Below are positions 24,110-37,589 of a stretch of 64,000 nt of DNA, in pieces. Positions within the stretch are counted from its first letter, which is position 1. Each line of letters starts with the position of its first letter. This DNA comes from Raja brachyura (Eukaryota), in the NCBI GenBank assembly GCA_963514005.1, contig OY740795.1:930001-994000 (forward strand). Direction: 5' to 3'. The notes under the pieces were generated by a model. The model was not told the DNA's origin. It saw only the letters and a list, made by a program, of their open reading frames with translations, and did not search any database. A program made the position numbers and the translations under genes.

Positions 24110-25940
24110 ATAGACAATACACAATAGACAATAGGTGCAGCAGTAGGCCATTCGGCCCTTCGAGCCAGCACCGCCATTCAATATGATCGTGGCTGATCAT
24201 TCCCAATTAGTACCGCATTCCAGCCTTCTCCCCATATCCCCTCACTCCGCTATTTTTAAAAGCCCTATCTAACTCTCTCTTGAAAGCATCTAGAGAACCT
24301 CCCTCCATCGGCCTCAGGGGCAGAGAATGCCACAGACTCACCACTCTCAGTGAGAAAAAGTGCTTCCTCGTCTCCGTTCTAAATGGCTTACTCCTTATTC
24401 CTAAACCGTGGCTCCTACACAGATGTTTGCTCCTACATTCGATTCCTCTTGTGATAAAGGCCAACATGCCATTCGCTTTCTTCACTGCCTGCTGCACCTG
24501 CATGCTTACTTGCATAGACTGATGTACAAGGACCCCCAGATCCCGTTGTAATTCCCCTTTTCCCAACTTGACGCCATTAAGATAGTAATCTGCCTTGATC
24601 ATATGATCATGATCAGCCATGATCATATTGAATGGCGGTGCAGGCTCGAAGGGCAGAACGGGCTACTCCTGCACCTATTTTCTATGTTTCTATGGCTTCC
24701 TGTTTTTGCTACCAAAGTGGATAACCTCACATGTATCCGCATTAAAATTCATCTGCCATGCATTTTCCCACTTCCCTAACCTGTCCAACTCACCCTGCAT
24801 TCTCATAGCATCCTCCTCACAGTCCACACTGCCACCCAGCTTTGTGTCATCTGCAAATTTGATAATGTTACTTTGAATCCCTCCATCCAAATCATTGATG
24901 TATATTGTAAATAGCTGCGGTCTCAGCAACGAGCCTTGCGGTACCCCCACTCGCCACTGCCTACCATTCTGAAAGGGACCCGTTAATCCCCACTCTTTGC
25001 TTCCTGTCTGCCAACCACTTCTCTATCCATGTCAGCACTCTGCCCCCAATACCATGTGCCCTAATTCTGCCCACTAATCCCCTATGTGGGACCTTATCAA
25101 ATGCTTTCTGAAAATCCAGTTACACTACATCCACTGCCTCTCCCTAGTCCATTGTCTTAGCTACAACTTCAAAACATTCTAGAAGATTAGTCAAGCGTGA
25201 TTTCCCCTTCATAAATCCATCCTGACTCGCACCGATCCTGTTACTGCTATCCAAATGTTCGGCTATTTCATCTTATATAATTGACTCCAGCATCTTCCCC
25301 ATCACCGATGTCAGGCTAACTGGTCTATAATTCCCTGTTTTCTCTCTCCCGCCTTTCTTAAAAAGTGGGCTAACATTAGCTACCCTCCAATCCACAGGAA
25401 CTGATCCTGACTCTAGAGAACATTGGAAAATTATCACCAATGCATCAATGATTACTAGAGCCACTTACTTAAGTACCCTGGGATGCAGACCATCAGGCCC
25501 TGGGAATGTATCAGCCATTTATCAGCCATCAGCGTATCCAACACCATGTCCTGCCTAATGTAGATTTCCTTCAGTTCCGCCGTCACCCCAGATACTCTGG
25601 CCACTACTATATCGGGGAGATTGTTTGTGTCCTCCGAAGTGAAGACAGATCCAAAGTACATGTTCAACTCGACTGCCATTTCCTTGGTCCCCATAATAAA
25701 TTCACCTCTTTCGATCTTCAAGGGTCCAACTTTGGTCTTAACTATTGTTTTCCTCTTCACATACCTAAATATGCTTTTACTATCCTGCTTTACATTATTG
25801 GCTAGCTTACCTTCGTACCTCATCTTTTCTACCCGTATTGTCTTTTTGGTTATCTTGTGTTGTTCTTTAAACATTACCCACTCATCTTGCTTCCCGCTCA
25901 TCTTTGCTACGTTGCACCCCTACGCTTTAATTTTCATTCA
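24110..25940 (-). mobile_element. Nested or rearranged CR1 fragments
   Basis: - strand ORF2 pieces (24207-24626, 24690-24950, 25273-25901) with a (CTATTGT)n tail near 24110, plus a short + strand CR1 3' UTR at about 24610-24695. Confidence 0.85.
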
Positions 25941-26271
25941 GTCAACATTGTGTCCGCACTCTCGTTTTCTTTTTAATCTCACACATTTTGCACATTATTT
26001 CGCTCTATCTAACTTTGCTCTTGGAAATATCCAAAGCTACGTGCTGTCAGATAACTTCGAGTTGCACTATTCAATCATAAACCTGTATGTCTTCACCTCT
26101 ATTTAAGTCACAAACGTGTGCAGATGACTGCCATAATTTGTTTGTTCAAGTAGCTGTAACTAACGATTATGATGCTGTTATTGCTCTCGAGTTTGTTATC
26201 TGGACTAAATATAAGGACAGCGATGCCTCTATTAGAGATTGCAACTCGCCATTTGATTGTTCTCCAGTAAA

Positions 26272-29042
26272 ATGCATGCGCCTGGCAATGGACCTGTCTT
26301 CGCCGTTTATTATTCAACTCTTGCTACTTTCGGTGTTCCAGGTAAAATGTGACTGAACTTGGGACAACAAGAGATTGATGGTATCATATCTGGGTAACTT
26401 TCTCATTTTTAGTTATGTGCGGAACGTTTCTTTCCAATTATACAAAAACACATTTCTCGACTGTTTGTTCTCTGTTGTGTTTGTGGAAAATATCAATTTA
26501 ATCAAGTCTTGGAACGCCTGGGATATACTTATGTTTTTTTGGAGCACAGTTTGGTCTACCAGATGTGTTGTGAGTTCGTATTGCTTTATATTTTTCCACG
26601 ACTAGTCATTGCAGCGCAATCAGATCATACGATAGCCTTAATTGCATGGATCACTTGCCTGCTTTGGCTTTCGCCCAATTTATTACGACACATCCCATCG
26701 ACACATCCCATAGAGGGCGCCGTTGCACAATGAGCTGCTTTGTATTCCCTAAAATCCTCACTTCCGCCATTCTCGCGAACGCCAGCATCACATTTTTTTC
26801 TCCACCTGTTTTACCCTCTCGATAAATGTGTATTCCACCATACTCCCGGCAGTGCTTATAATGCTGATTTATTCTTCATTTCTACCGGTGTCTATCAAAA
26901 CTTGTTGTTATTATAACACTCAGAATGCTCTCTCCCATGTACGCCTTACTCTCAACACTTTCATGTTTATCTACGGAACTCGGCACTACCAAACACATCC
27001 CTGTCGCGTCATTCCCCCTACAACTAATATGCGTTCAAATTCGTCAAAATATCGCAGTTCTGTTTCAGTTGGCCATGAGCATGTATTCTGTCAGCGACCG
27101 TTACGGTTTGTGTCGCTTCTTCGGAGAAATTACTGACAATTGCGCTGTTTGAGTATGAACATTCAAATACCTCGCTTGTCCGGGTAAAGTGTTCCGTGGA
27201 CGCATTGAATAATCATTGGGATCACTCCAGCAGTCGTATCCAATATACTTACCCCAGAAGACTGATTCCTGGGATGGCAGGTCTTTCACATGAAGAAAGA
27301 CTGGATAGACTCGGCTTGTACTCGCTACAATTTGGAAGATTGAGCGGGGATCTTATAGAAACTTACAACATTCTTAAGGGGTTCGACAGGCTAGATGCCG
27401 GAAGATCGTTCCCCATGTTGGGGAAGTCCAGAACAAGGGATCACAGTTTAAGGATAATGGGAAAGTATTTTAGGACCGAGATGAGAAAAACATGTTTCAC
27501 ACAATGAGTGGTGCATCTGTGGCTTCTCTGCCACAGAAGGTAGGTGAGGCCAGTTCATTGACTATATTTAAGATGGAGTTAGATGCGGCCCTTGTGGCTA
27601 AAGGGATCAGCGGGCATGGAGAGAAGGCAGGTACAGGATACTGAGTTGGATGATCAGCCATGATCATATTGAATGGCGGTGCAGGCTCGAGGGGCCGAAT
27701 GCCCTACTCCTCCACCTATTTTCTATGTTTCTATGTTTCTAAGACACACGCAGGGTAAACGGCGAAACTTTCATTGTGTGTTATTCGAATTGCATGCTTT
27801 GATGTCTAATGCATCCACTCCTTATAATTTGCTCGTTTGATGTGTTCAGTGACACATGGAATCTCATATATACGATAACTGTTGACATGAACAATGAATA
27901 TAATATTTAATTGTAATCTCAGTCACACGCGTGTGCGTGGGGCGGTGATTTTAAAGGATAACGCGAGCGGTTTTAACCAGATAAACTAATTTCACGCCTG
28001 TCTCCCGATATTGTAACGGGGTGCCTAATCACTACTGTTCTCTCTAACAATCTTTCACCCCACCCCCACCCACTCTCGCTGTCTCTCTCTCTCTCTCTCT
28101 CTGTCGCTCTCTCTCTCTCCCACAGCTAACCTAGTGACGATTGTAATTCTCTCGCAAGGAAGATGCGGCCTCTCCAAATGCATCACTCGCTACCTGGTGT
28201 TTATGGCGGGGGCGGATCTCCTGGTCATTGTCACTGCCGTTATCTTAAGCCGACTTCGGGTCATTGACTTCAACTCCAGTTTCCTGTCCACCACCCCGGC
28301 GTGCAGTCTCATTATTCTGCTCAGCTGGGCTTCCAAAGACACTTCCGTCTGGTTCACGGTCGCGTTCACCTTCGATCGGTTCATCGCCATTTGTTGCCAG
28401 AAAGTGAAGCTAAGATATTGTACAGCGAAAAGCGCGGCGGTCGTCATTGGAACCGTCTGCCTACTCGGCATTGTGAAAAATGTCCCTCTGTATTTTCTAT
28501 ATGAGCCCCTGTACATCACGGATAACGTTCCTTGGTACTGCATCTTAAAGGAGATATATTATACTTCCGTTGCGTGGAAATGCTATGATTGGCTGCACCG
28601 CATTTTAAACCCATGTCTCCCGTTCGTTCTGATCTTCCTGCTAAATGCCTTCACTATCAAACATATCCTTGCCGCCAGCGCAGCCCGCAAGAGGCTACGC
28701 GCCCAAAACCAGGGCGATAAACAAAGCGACCCGGAGATGGAGAGCAGGAGGCGGTCTATCATTTTACTCATGGCGATCTCGGGTACCTTTCTCCTGTTGA
28801 GGCTGACATACATTGTAAATTTCCTTTTCGTCCAAATTACAAGCAAGAACTACGCCACCGGCACTAATTCCTATGATCCAAAGTTTATTCTGCAGGAAAG
28901 CGGACACATGTTGGAGCTTCTCAGTTCCTGCACCAACTCGTGTATCTATGCGGGGACGCAGACTAAATTTAGACAGCAGTTGAAGATAGCGGTCAAGTAC
29001 CCTGTTAAAGTAATGAGCAAATGTATCAGAGAGCGATCATAG
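26272..29042 (+). CDS. GPR139/GPR142-like class A GPCR, copy 2 (exon 1 26272-26341; exon 2 28126-29042; about 328 aa)
   Basis: Exon 1 MHAPGNGPVFAVYYSTLATFGVP with GT donor; acceptor CCCACAG (AG ends at 28125); the splice restores TM1 GVPANLVTIVILS; complete 7TM ORF with DRF motif. Confidence 0.93.
27256..27740 (+). mobile_element. CR1 3' fragment in the GPCR2 intron (copy-specific)
   Basis: RLIPGMAGLS..RLDRLGLYSL and CTATGTTT tail; interrupts TTACCCC/AAGACACACG, which is contiguous in copy 1. Confidence 0.9.
28072..28120 (+). repeat. (CT)n microsatellite forming the polypyrimidine tract of GPCR2 exon 2
   Basis: Interrupted CT repeat immediately before CCCACAG. Confidence 0.95.
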
Positions 29043-30214
29043 GAACATTCTGCCGCCCTTTGCAATAGTAACGCGGAATTGTTAGTCACGTTGGAACCAT
29101 GTATACGCTGATTATTTATATTCTCGCCCATAACGTTAATGTTTGCCCTCCGTGAACTATGAAAATGCTTGCTGACGATTATAAGAATCAAGTAGTTGTA
29201 AGACTTCCAGTGTAAAATAAGCAAAACTAAAGTTGTGCGGAGCAGCTTCCCAATGTCAGAAAATACATCGTAATGACAAGTTCATTAGGACATAATAACA
29301 TTGGTTAGATATTGACCTCGGGTCGACATGAGAATTCCCAACACCCTTATTGAAATAGAGATTATGTGTTTTTTACACTAGTCTAATCCTGATTTGCTAA
29401 AGATAATCCCTTTATGGTGCACCGCTCCTTGGTATTTAACATAGAAACATAGAAACACAGATAATGGGCGCAGGAGTAGGCCATTCGGCCCTTCGAGCCT
29501 GCACCGCCATTCAATATGTTCATGGCTGATCATCCAACTCAGTAACCCGTACCCCCTTCTCTCCACACCCCCTGATCCCCTCAGCCACAAGGGCCACATC
29601 CTACTCCCTCTTAAATATAGCCAATGAACTGCCCTCAACTACCTTGAGGGCAGTTCTGTGGCAGAGAATTCCAGAGCCTCACCACTCTCTATGTGAAAAA
29701 TGTTTTTCTCATCTCGGTCCTAAAAGAATAGCACCTCAACTAAATGTGTCGTCTGAAGAACGGATTCGGCCCGAAACGTTGCCTATTTCCTTCGCTCCAA
29801 AGGTGCTGCGCACCCGCTGAGTTTATCCAGCATTTTTGTCTACCACATGTACTGTAACGTTTTCTTTCTCCGTCGTCCTGTCGGGGAGCAACACGTTTGG
29901 TCACAGAATTGCAATATAAATAAGGGGCTTTAAAGATTGCTTTTATTGAAGCGTAATTATTCAGATAAAAATTAAAGGCTTGAAACTAAATATATTGTCA
30001 TGTCATCTTATTATGCGACATATTATCGGTACATGATCCATCACCCTCCATTCCCTGTATATCCATTTGTCAAAAAAAAGCCTCTAAAATGACAGCCAAC
30101 AATATCTCGTAAAAAATTATCCCTCTCATCTTCAAGATGTGGTCTCTATTCTTTCTCATTTCAACCCAGCGGATAAGATTGTATTATGTTATATTCTTGC
30201 TCATTGCAACATCC

Positions 30215-30897
30215 GTCCACAACTCCAGCAAAACCAAGGAACTGATTGTGGACTTTGGAAGGAGTAGGATGGGGATCCACAGTCCCGTTTATATCAACGG
30301 GTCGATGGTCGAAAGGGTCAAGGGCTTCAAATTCCTGGGCGTGCACATCTCTAAAGATCTTTCCTGGTCCAAACACACTGATGAGATTATCAAGAAAGGA
30401 CATCGTGGCTTGGTGCGGCAACTTGAGCGCCCTGGAGAGGAAAAGACTACAAAAATTACTAAATACTGCCCAGCCCATCATCGGCTCTGATCTTCGTTCC
30501 ATCGAGGGGATTTATCACAGTCGCTGCTTCAAAAAGGCTGGCAGTATCATCAAAGACCCACACCATCCTGGCTACACACTCCTCTTCCTGCTACCTGCAG
30601 GTAGAAGGTACAGGAGCCTGAAGACTGCAACGACCAGGTTCAGGAATAGCTACTTCCCGACAGCCAACAGGCTATTAAACCTGGCTCGGACAAAACTCTG
30701 AACATTAATAGCCTATTATCTGTTATTTGCACTTTAATCAGTTTATTTATTCATGTGTGTGTATATTTATATAATGGTATATGGACACATGATCTGTTTT
30801 GTAGTAAATGCCTACTATGTTCTGTTGTGCTGAAGCAAAGCAAGAATTTCATTGTCCTATCAGGGACACATGACAATAAACTCACTAGAACTTGAAC
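30215..30897 (+). mobile_element. Rex1/Babar-type LINE 3' fragment
   Basis: SKTKELIVDF, FKFLGVHIS.DLSWS, IIKDPHHPG, GRRYRSL...RFRNSYFP; ends with AATAAA and CTTGAA repeats. Confidence 0.85.
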
Positions 30898-32862
30898 TAT
30901 GGTGATGGGGGATTTCAATCTACAGGTAGACTGGGAAAATCAGTTTGGTTCAGGACCCCAAGAAAGAGAGTTTGTAGAATGCCTCCGAGATTGATTCTTG
31001 GAGCAGCTTGTAATGGAGCCGACAAGAGAAAAGACAATTCTGGATTTAGTGTTGTCCAATGAACCAGATATGATAAGAGAACGCGAGGTAAATGAACCGC
31101 TTGGAGGTAGTGATCATAATAGAATTAGCATTAATCTGCAATTTGAGAAGGAAAAGGTTAAATCGGAAATGTCAGTGATGCAGTTGAACAAAGGGGACTG
31201 TGAAGGCACGAGAGGGGAGCTGGCCAAGGTCGACTGGAAAGGGACCCTAGTAGGAATGACGGTGGAACAGCAATGGCAGCAATTTCTGGGCATAATCCGG
31301 AAGGCGCAGGATCATTTCATTCCAAAAAGGAAGAACGAATCTAACGGGAGTGGGAGACAACCGTGGCTGACAAGAGAAGTTAGGGATAGAATGAAACCAA
31401 AAAGAAAAATTGTATAACACAGCAAAGAGTAGCCGGAAACCAGAGGAATGGGAAACTTTCATAGGACAACAGAAGGAAACAAAACGGGCAATACGGGCTG
31501 AAAAGATGAAGTCCGAAAGGAAGCTGGCCAGGAATATAAAGAAGGACAGTAAAAGCTTGTTTAGATATGTTAAGGGTAAAAGAATAGCAAAGTCAAATGT
31601 GGGTCCCTTGAAGGCAGACGCGGGTGAAATTATTATGGGCAACGAGGAAATGGCAGAAGAGTTGAACAGGTACTTCGGATCTGTCTTCACTAAGAAAGAC
31701 ACAAACAATCTCCCAGATGTACTGGAGGACAGAGGATCTAAGAGGGTAGAGGAACCGAAAGAAATTTTCATTTAGTGAGAAATAGTATTGGGTAGGCTAA
31801 TGATGATAAATCCCCTGGACCTGATGGTCTGCATCCCAGGGTCCTCCGGGAGGTGGCTCTAGAAATAGTGGAAGCATTGGTGATCATTTTCCAATGTTCA
31901 ATAGATTCAGGATCAGTTCCTGTGGATTGGAGGATAGCTAATGTTATCCCACTTTTCAAGAAAGGCGCGAGAGAGAAAACGGGGAATTTCAGACCAGTTA
32001 GCCTGACTTCGGTGGTGGGAAAGATGCTGGAGTCAATTATTAAAGAGGTAATAATGGGGCATTTGGATAGCAGTAAAATGAATAGTCCAAGTCAACATGG
32101 ATTTATGAAATGGAAATCATGCTTGCCTAATCTTCTGGAAGTTTTTGAGGATGTGACCAGAAAAATGGATGAAGTGGTGCCAGTGGATGTAGTGTATCTA
32201 GATTTTCAGAAAGCCTTTGATAAGGTTCCGCACGGGAGACTGGTGACTAAAATTAGAACACATGGGATTGGGTGTATCTGCTTTACCTGCATGCTTCCTT
32301 CATTGACTGATAAACAAGGACCCCCAGATCACGTTGTACTTCCCCTTTTCCCAACTTGACACTATTTAGGTAGTAACCTGCCTTCCTGTTTTGCTACCAA
32401 AGTGGATAACCTCACATTCATCCGCAGTAAACTGCATCTGCCATGCATCTGCCCAATCACCCAACCTTCATCCAAATCATTGATGTATATTGTAAATAGC
32501 TGCGGTCCCGGCACCGAGCCCTGCGGTAGCCCACTAGTCACTGCCTGCCATTCTGAAAGGGACCCGTTAATCCCTACTCTTTGTTTCCTGTCTGCCAACC
32601 ACTTCTCTATCTAAAATTATCACCAATGCGCCCACGATTTCTAGAGCCACTCCCTTAAGTACCATGGGATTCAGATAATCAGGCCCTGGGGATTTCTCAG
32701 CCTTCAGTCCCATCAATCTACCCAGCACCATTTCCTGCCTAATGTGGATTTCCTTCATTTCTTCTGTCACCCCAGATCCTCTGGCCACTACTATATCAGG
32801 AAGATTGTTTGTGTCCTCCTTAGTGAAGACGGATCCAAAATATCTGTTCAACTCATCTGACA
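30898..32862. mobile_element. CR1 ORF2 fragments (+ strand 30898-32270; - strand 32270-32862)
   Basis: MGDFN, EPTRE..ILDLVL, GSDHN, NFRPVSLTS and [11 protein letters not shown] on +; RT pieces on -. Confidence 0.88.
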
Positions 32863-34174
32863 TGTATTGCAAGTACATTGCAGACTCACTGTTCAGTTGA
32901 TTCACACCTTAGAATGACACTCGTGCCTCTCCTTCGCGATCTTGCAGAGTGACTGACCCACAACCAGGCATCCTGGGTTTAGTCCTGCTCCCCAGAAGGG
33001 GCGTTACCTTCATCGTGGTGGTTGACAGATGAGAGGGCCAATCAGCTGATCTCAAGGTTTTTTAAGCACTCATAACTTGTTTATTTTTCATCGATGGGAA
33101 AAATTCTCGTGGCAGCGTCAGCGGAGGAGGACTGTGNNNNNNNNNNNNNNNNNNNNNNNNNNNNNNNNNNNNNNNNNNNNNNNNNNNNNNNNNNNNNNNN
33201 NNNNNNNNNNNNNNNNNNNNNNNNNNNNNNNNNNNNNNNNNNNNNNNNNNNNNNNNNNNNNNNNNNNNNNNNNNNNNNNNNNNNNNNNNNNNNNNNNNNN
33301 NNNNNNNNNNNNNNNNNNNNNNNNNNNNNNNNNNNNNNNNNNNNNNNNNNNNNNNNNNNNNNNNNNNNNNNNNNNNNNNNNNNNNNNNNNNNNNNNNNNN
33401 NNNNNNNNNNNNNNNNNNNNNNNNNNTGCAATCCCTTCGATATCCCTCTTTCCACCCTTATTTATTCTTTATTTTTGATGCTTCCATGCTANNNNNNNNN
33501 NNNNNNNNNNNNNNNNNNNNNNNNNNNNNNNNNNNNNNNNNNNNNNNNNNNNNNNNNNNNNNNNNNNNNNNNNNNNNNNNNNNNNNNNNNNNNNNNNNNN
33601 NNNNNNNNNNNNNNNNNNNNNNNNNNNNNNNNNNNNNNNNNNNNNNNNNNNNNNNNNNNNNNNNNNNNNNNNNNNNNNNNNNNNNNTCTATCGTTGTTAT
33701 GGCGCGACCCAAATCTTTACTTGTTGCACCGTCTATTTGCGTCTATTTGCGTCCATTTGCGTCTATTTGCTTCTATTTGCTAGACAATTGACTTCCTTGT
33801 ACATCTGTCCCAAACTGCAATTGAAAAAGTAAAACACAAAATTGGGCTTGTGATATGATTCTTGTTATTTGTCGTCACGGTTGTTGTTGTTGTCACATTG
33901 CCGTTACTGGATGCTTCTCTTCCTTTGGGATACTTCGCACGTTTTTTTTAAGAAATTGGTGTTGGTTGTAGAGCGGACGGAGTCGAAGATTTTGAAAAAG
34001 TCGTCCACGACACTCGAGGTGCTGGACGTTCCACAGGTCTGGGAAACGGCGCGTTTAAGCCCTCGCGCGAAAGCGACGATTCTGCGGACATGTCTGACGA
34101 TAACACATTCATTTTTATCTTCAATGGACAAGGCAAAATCCAAGATTTTTTTATGGCGGGAAGACAATATGAAA

Positions 34175-35140
34175 ACATAACACATAGAAAATTGGTGCAG
34201 GAGGAGGCCATTTGGCCCTTCGAGCGAACACTGCCATCAGGACCGGAGTTAGATGTAGAGAGGCCCTAGGCTATTGCACTTGTGAGGCCCCTCCCACTCC
34301 CTCACCCCCACGACGTCATTGAATATTCGCAATCAATAACCGATGCCTGCATTCTCCACATATCCCATGATTCCGCTAGCTCCGACAGCTCTATCTAACT
34401 GTCTTTTAAATTCATCCGTTGCAGAGTATTCCACAAATTCACAACTCTCTGGGTGAAAACGGTTTTGCTCATCTCAGTTTTAAATGGCCTTCCTTTATTC
34501 TTGGACTGTGGCCCTTGGTTCTGGATTCGCCCTGCATTGGAAACATTTATCCTGCATCTAGCTTGTCCAGTCCTCGTATACTTTTATGTTTCCATAAGAT
34601 CCCCTCTCATCTTTCTAAATTCCAGTGAATACAACCTGATTGTTTCCAAAGTTGCATCATATGCCAGTCCCGCCATCCTGTGGATAAACTTCGTGAACCA
34701 ACGCTGCACTGCGTCAATAGCAAGGATGCCCTTCCCCAAATTAGGAGACCAAAACTGCGCACAATACTCCGGATGAGGCCTCTCTAGGCCCTTGTACAAC
34801 TGCAGCAGCACCTCTTTACTCCTATATTTAAATGTTCTCGTTAAGAAGGCCAACATGCCATAAGCTTTCTTAAATGCCTGCTGTACCTGCATGTTTACTT
34901 TCAATGACTGGTGTACAAGGCCAATCAGGTCTTGTTTCACTTCCCATTTTCCTAATCTGACACCACAAAGATAATAATGTGCCTCCTTGTTCTTGCCACA
35001 AGGACGCCCAGATCCAGTTGTACTTCCCCTTTTCCCAACTTGACAGCATTTAGATGATATCCTGCCTTCCTGTTTTTGCCGCCAAAGTGGATAACCTCAC
35101 ATGTATCTACATTATACCGCATCTGCCATGCATCTGCCCA
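34175..35140 (-). mobile_element. Degraded CR1 fragments
   Basis: QVQQA.KKA.GMLAF, RPH.EYC.QFWSP and remnants of the 3' UTR. Confidence 0.8.
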
Positions 35141-35149
35141 CTAACTACT

Positions 35150-36650
35150 CTTAAGCTCTGTGGCTTAAACAGCTGGCGCCGGTATATACAGACATTTGTA
35201 ACCAGTCTCTGCAAACATGTACTGTCCCTGCCTGTTTTAAAGTCTCCCCTATTATCCCCAAAAGGCAAGGATTACTTGTCTGAATGACTACAGGCCTGTC
35301 GCACTGACCTCTGTAGTCATGAAGACACTAGAAAGGCTTGTGCTGGCCAAGCTGAAAAATATCACAACATCCCTGGTGAGCCGCCTGCAGTTTGCATATC
35401 GAGCCAATAGATCTGTGGATGATGCAGTCAACCTGGGCCTGCACTTCATCCTACAGCACCTAGACCGCCAGGGGACCTATGCGAGGATCCTGTTTGTCGA
35501 TGTTAGCTCTGCATTCAACATAATTGTGCCAGAGGTACTACACTCCAAACTTTCCGAGTTGACTGTGCCTGAACCCCTCTGTCAGTGGATCACCAACTTC
35601 CTAACAGACAGGAAGCAGCATGTGAGACTGGAAAGCACATCTCGGACCCGCAAACGCTCAGGATATGAGCACCGCAATGCTGCGTACTCTCTCCTCTCCT
35701 CTCCTCTCTCTCCACCAACGACTGCACCTCCACAGACACCTCTGTCAAGCTTCTCAAGTTTGCGGACGACACAACCCTGATTGGACTGATCCACGATGGG
35801 GAGGAATCTGCCTACAGACATGAAGTGTCACAGCTGGCGTCCTGATGCCGTAGCAACAACCGAGAGCTCAATGCTCTAAAGACAGTGGAATTGATTGTAG
35901 GCTTTAGGAGAGCTCCCCCTTCCCTCACCCCACCCACCATCAACAACACCACAGTCACATCTGTGGAGTATTTTAAGTTCCTGGGAACCATCATCTCCAA
36001 GGACCTTAAATGGGCGGTTACCAACGACTCCACGGCCAAAAAGGCACAACAGAGGATGTACTTCCTGCGGCAGTTGAGGAAGCCGCAGGAAGTACATCTG
36101 CCACAGGCAATGATGGTCCAATTCTACACGGTCATCGTAGAGTCTGTTCTCACCTTCTCTATCGTGGTCTGGTTTGGCTCAGCCACCAAGCACGACACCT
36201 GGAGGCTGCAGCGAATCATCCGATCAACAGAGAAGATTATTGGCTGCAACCTTCCCCCCATTGATGAACTGTACACTGCAAGGGCCAGGAAGCGAGCGGG
36301 CAAGATCATCTCTGACCCCTCTCCCCGTGGCCACAAACACATTGAATCACTTCCCACAGGAAGGCGACTCCGGATTGTCAAATCTGCCACTGCCAGACAT
36401 AAAAACAGTGTTTATCCAAGAGCAGTTGCTCCACTCAACAGCCACAAATCTGTAGCCTCCCTTTTATCTGGTATTTTGTTGGTTCACATGCTTGATCAAT
36501 GGTGTTTTATCATTGATGTCTTATTATTATTAATGTTTTCTGAGTCATTCGTAACTGTCACTGTATGTCATGTTGTTACTTGTGGGCGGAACACCAAGGC
36601 AAATTCCTTGTATATGAATACTTGGCCAATAAACTTACTTACTTACTTAC
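35150..36650 (+). mobile_element. Rex1/Babar-type LINE, 5'-truncated and frameshifted
   Basis: NDYRPVALTS.VMK, QFAYRANRSVDDAV, ARILFVD.SSAFN, KFADDTT, KKAQQRMYFLRQL; (TTAC)n tail at about 36630-36650. Confidence 0.9.
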
Positions 36651-37589
36651 ATAACGTTTCCTGGTTTGTTTTATATGGGGGCTGGGTGGGAAAACCCCGA
36701 GGTCTGGGTAGATCGCCCGGCGCGTGGGAGCTGAGATCACCCCCCCCCCCCTCCCCCCCGATGCAGGAGCTTGATCGCCCCGATGAGGAAGGCCCGCCGC
36801 CGGCTACGAGGTAAGATTAACGGAAGGTTAGGGGCCCCCGACCGCTGCAGGGCAAGAAGGGAGAGATTGAACTATTTTTTCTCTCCGTCACAGTGAGGAG
36901 TGTAGACGAGTCACTGCGGTTCATGTTTATGTCAAAATGTATTTAGTGTATTCTGAAATAATTAACTTGTGAAATGTTAATTCACTTGTGAAATGAGCGA
37001 CAACACTTTAATACTCCATCTCTGTCATCTCCTGCAGCCATGGAGTTGTCTGGAATCTCTGTTTCTTCAATTTGCGGGTGCTTGTTTGTTGTATATGTTG
37101 TAACATGATAAATGGAGACTAGGCAGTGGCGCCTTCGTTAAAGCAATTGACATATGCCTATTGGCCCAATGCAAGACGAAAACCAGCGACATTCTGGTAG
37201 AATCATGGTACTGCGCGCTGTTTTTCTTCCAATACAACAGTGATTTCATGAAACATGCATTAACAACTGGCAGGTGCATGTTCGAAGTGTTACTGCAATA
37301 ATCGAAACCACAATGCACATGCTATAATCCTAAAATAAAAAAACAACGAAGTGCTCGAAACATCCTCGTCCTCACGTTGGATCCAATAAAAGAGAACCAG
37401 AAATAATGAACACAGGTTGCTTACCGCCAACGGCGGTGAGAATAAGAATCAGGAAATCTTGTTGCGGCTTTTTTAGAACTTTGGTTTGTCCGCATATGGG
37501 GTATTGCTTGGAATTCTCGTAGCCCTCTTACAGGAAAGTTGTGGAGTGTTTTGGACAGTGTGCAGAAGAGGATTACCAGAATGCTTTCT

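Noticed and set aside
37291-37347. TACTGC followed by CACAATG and an A-rich tract, resembling a V end with RSS
   Set aside because: Poor nonamer, no open V frame, and the upstream WY is too close to the YC for an Ig fold.
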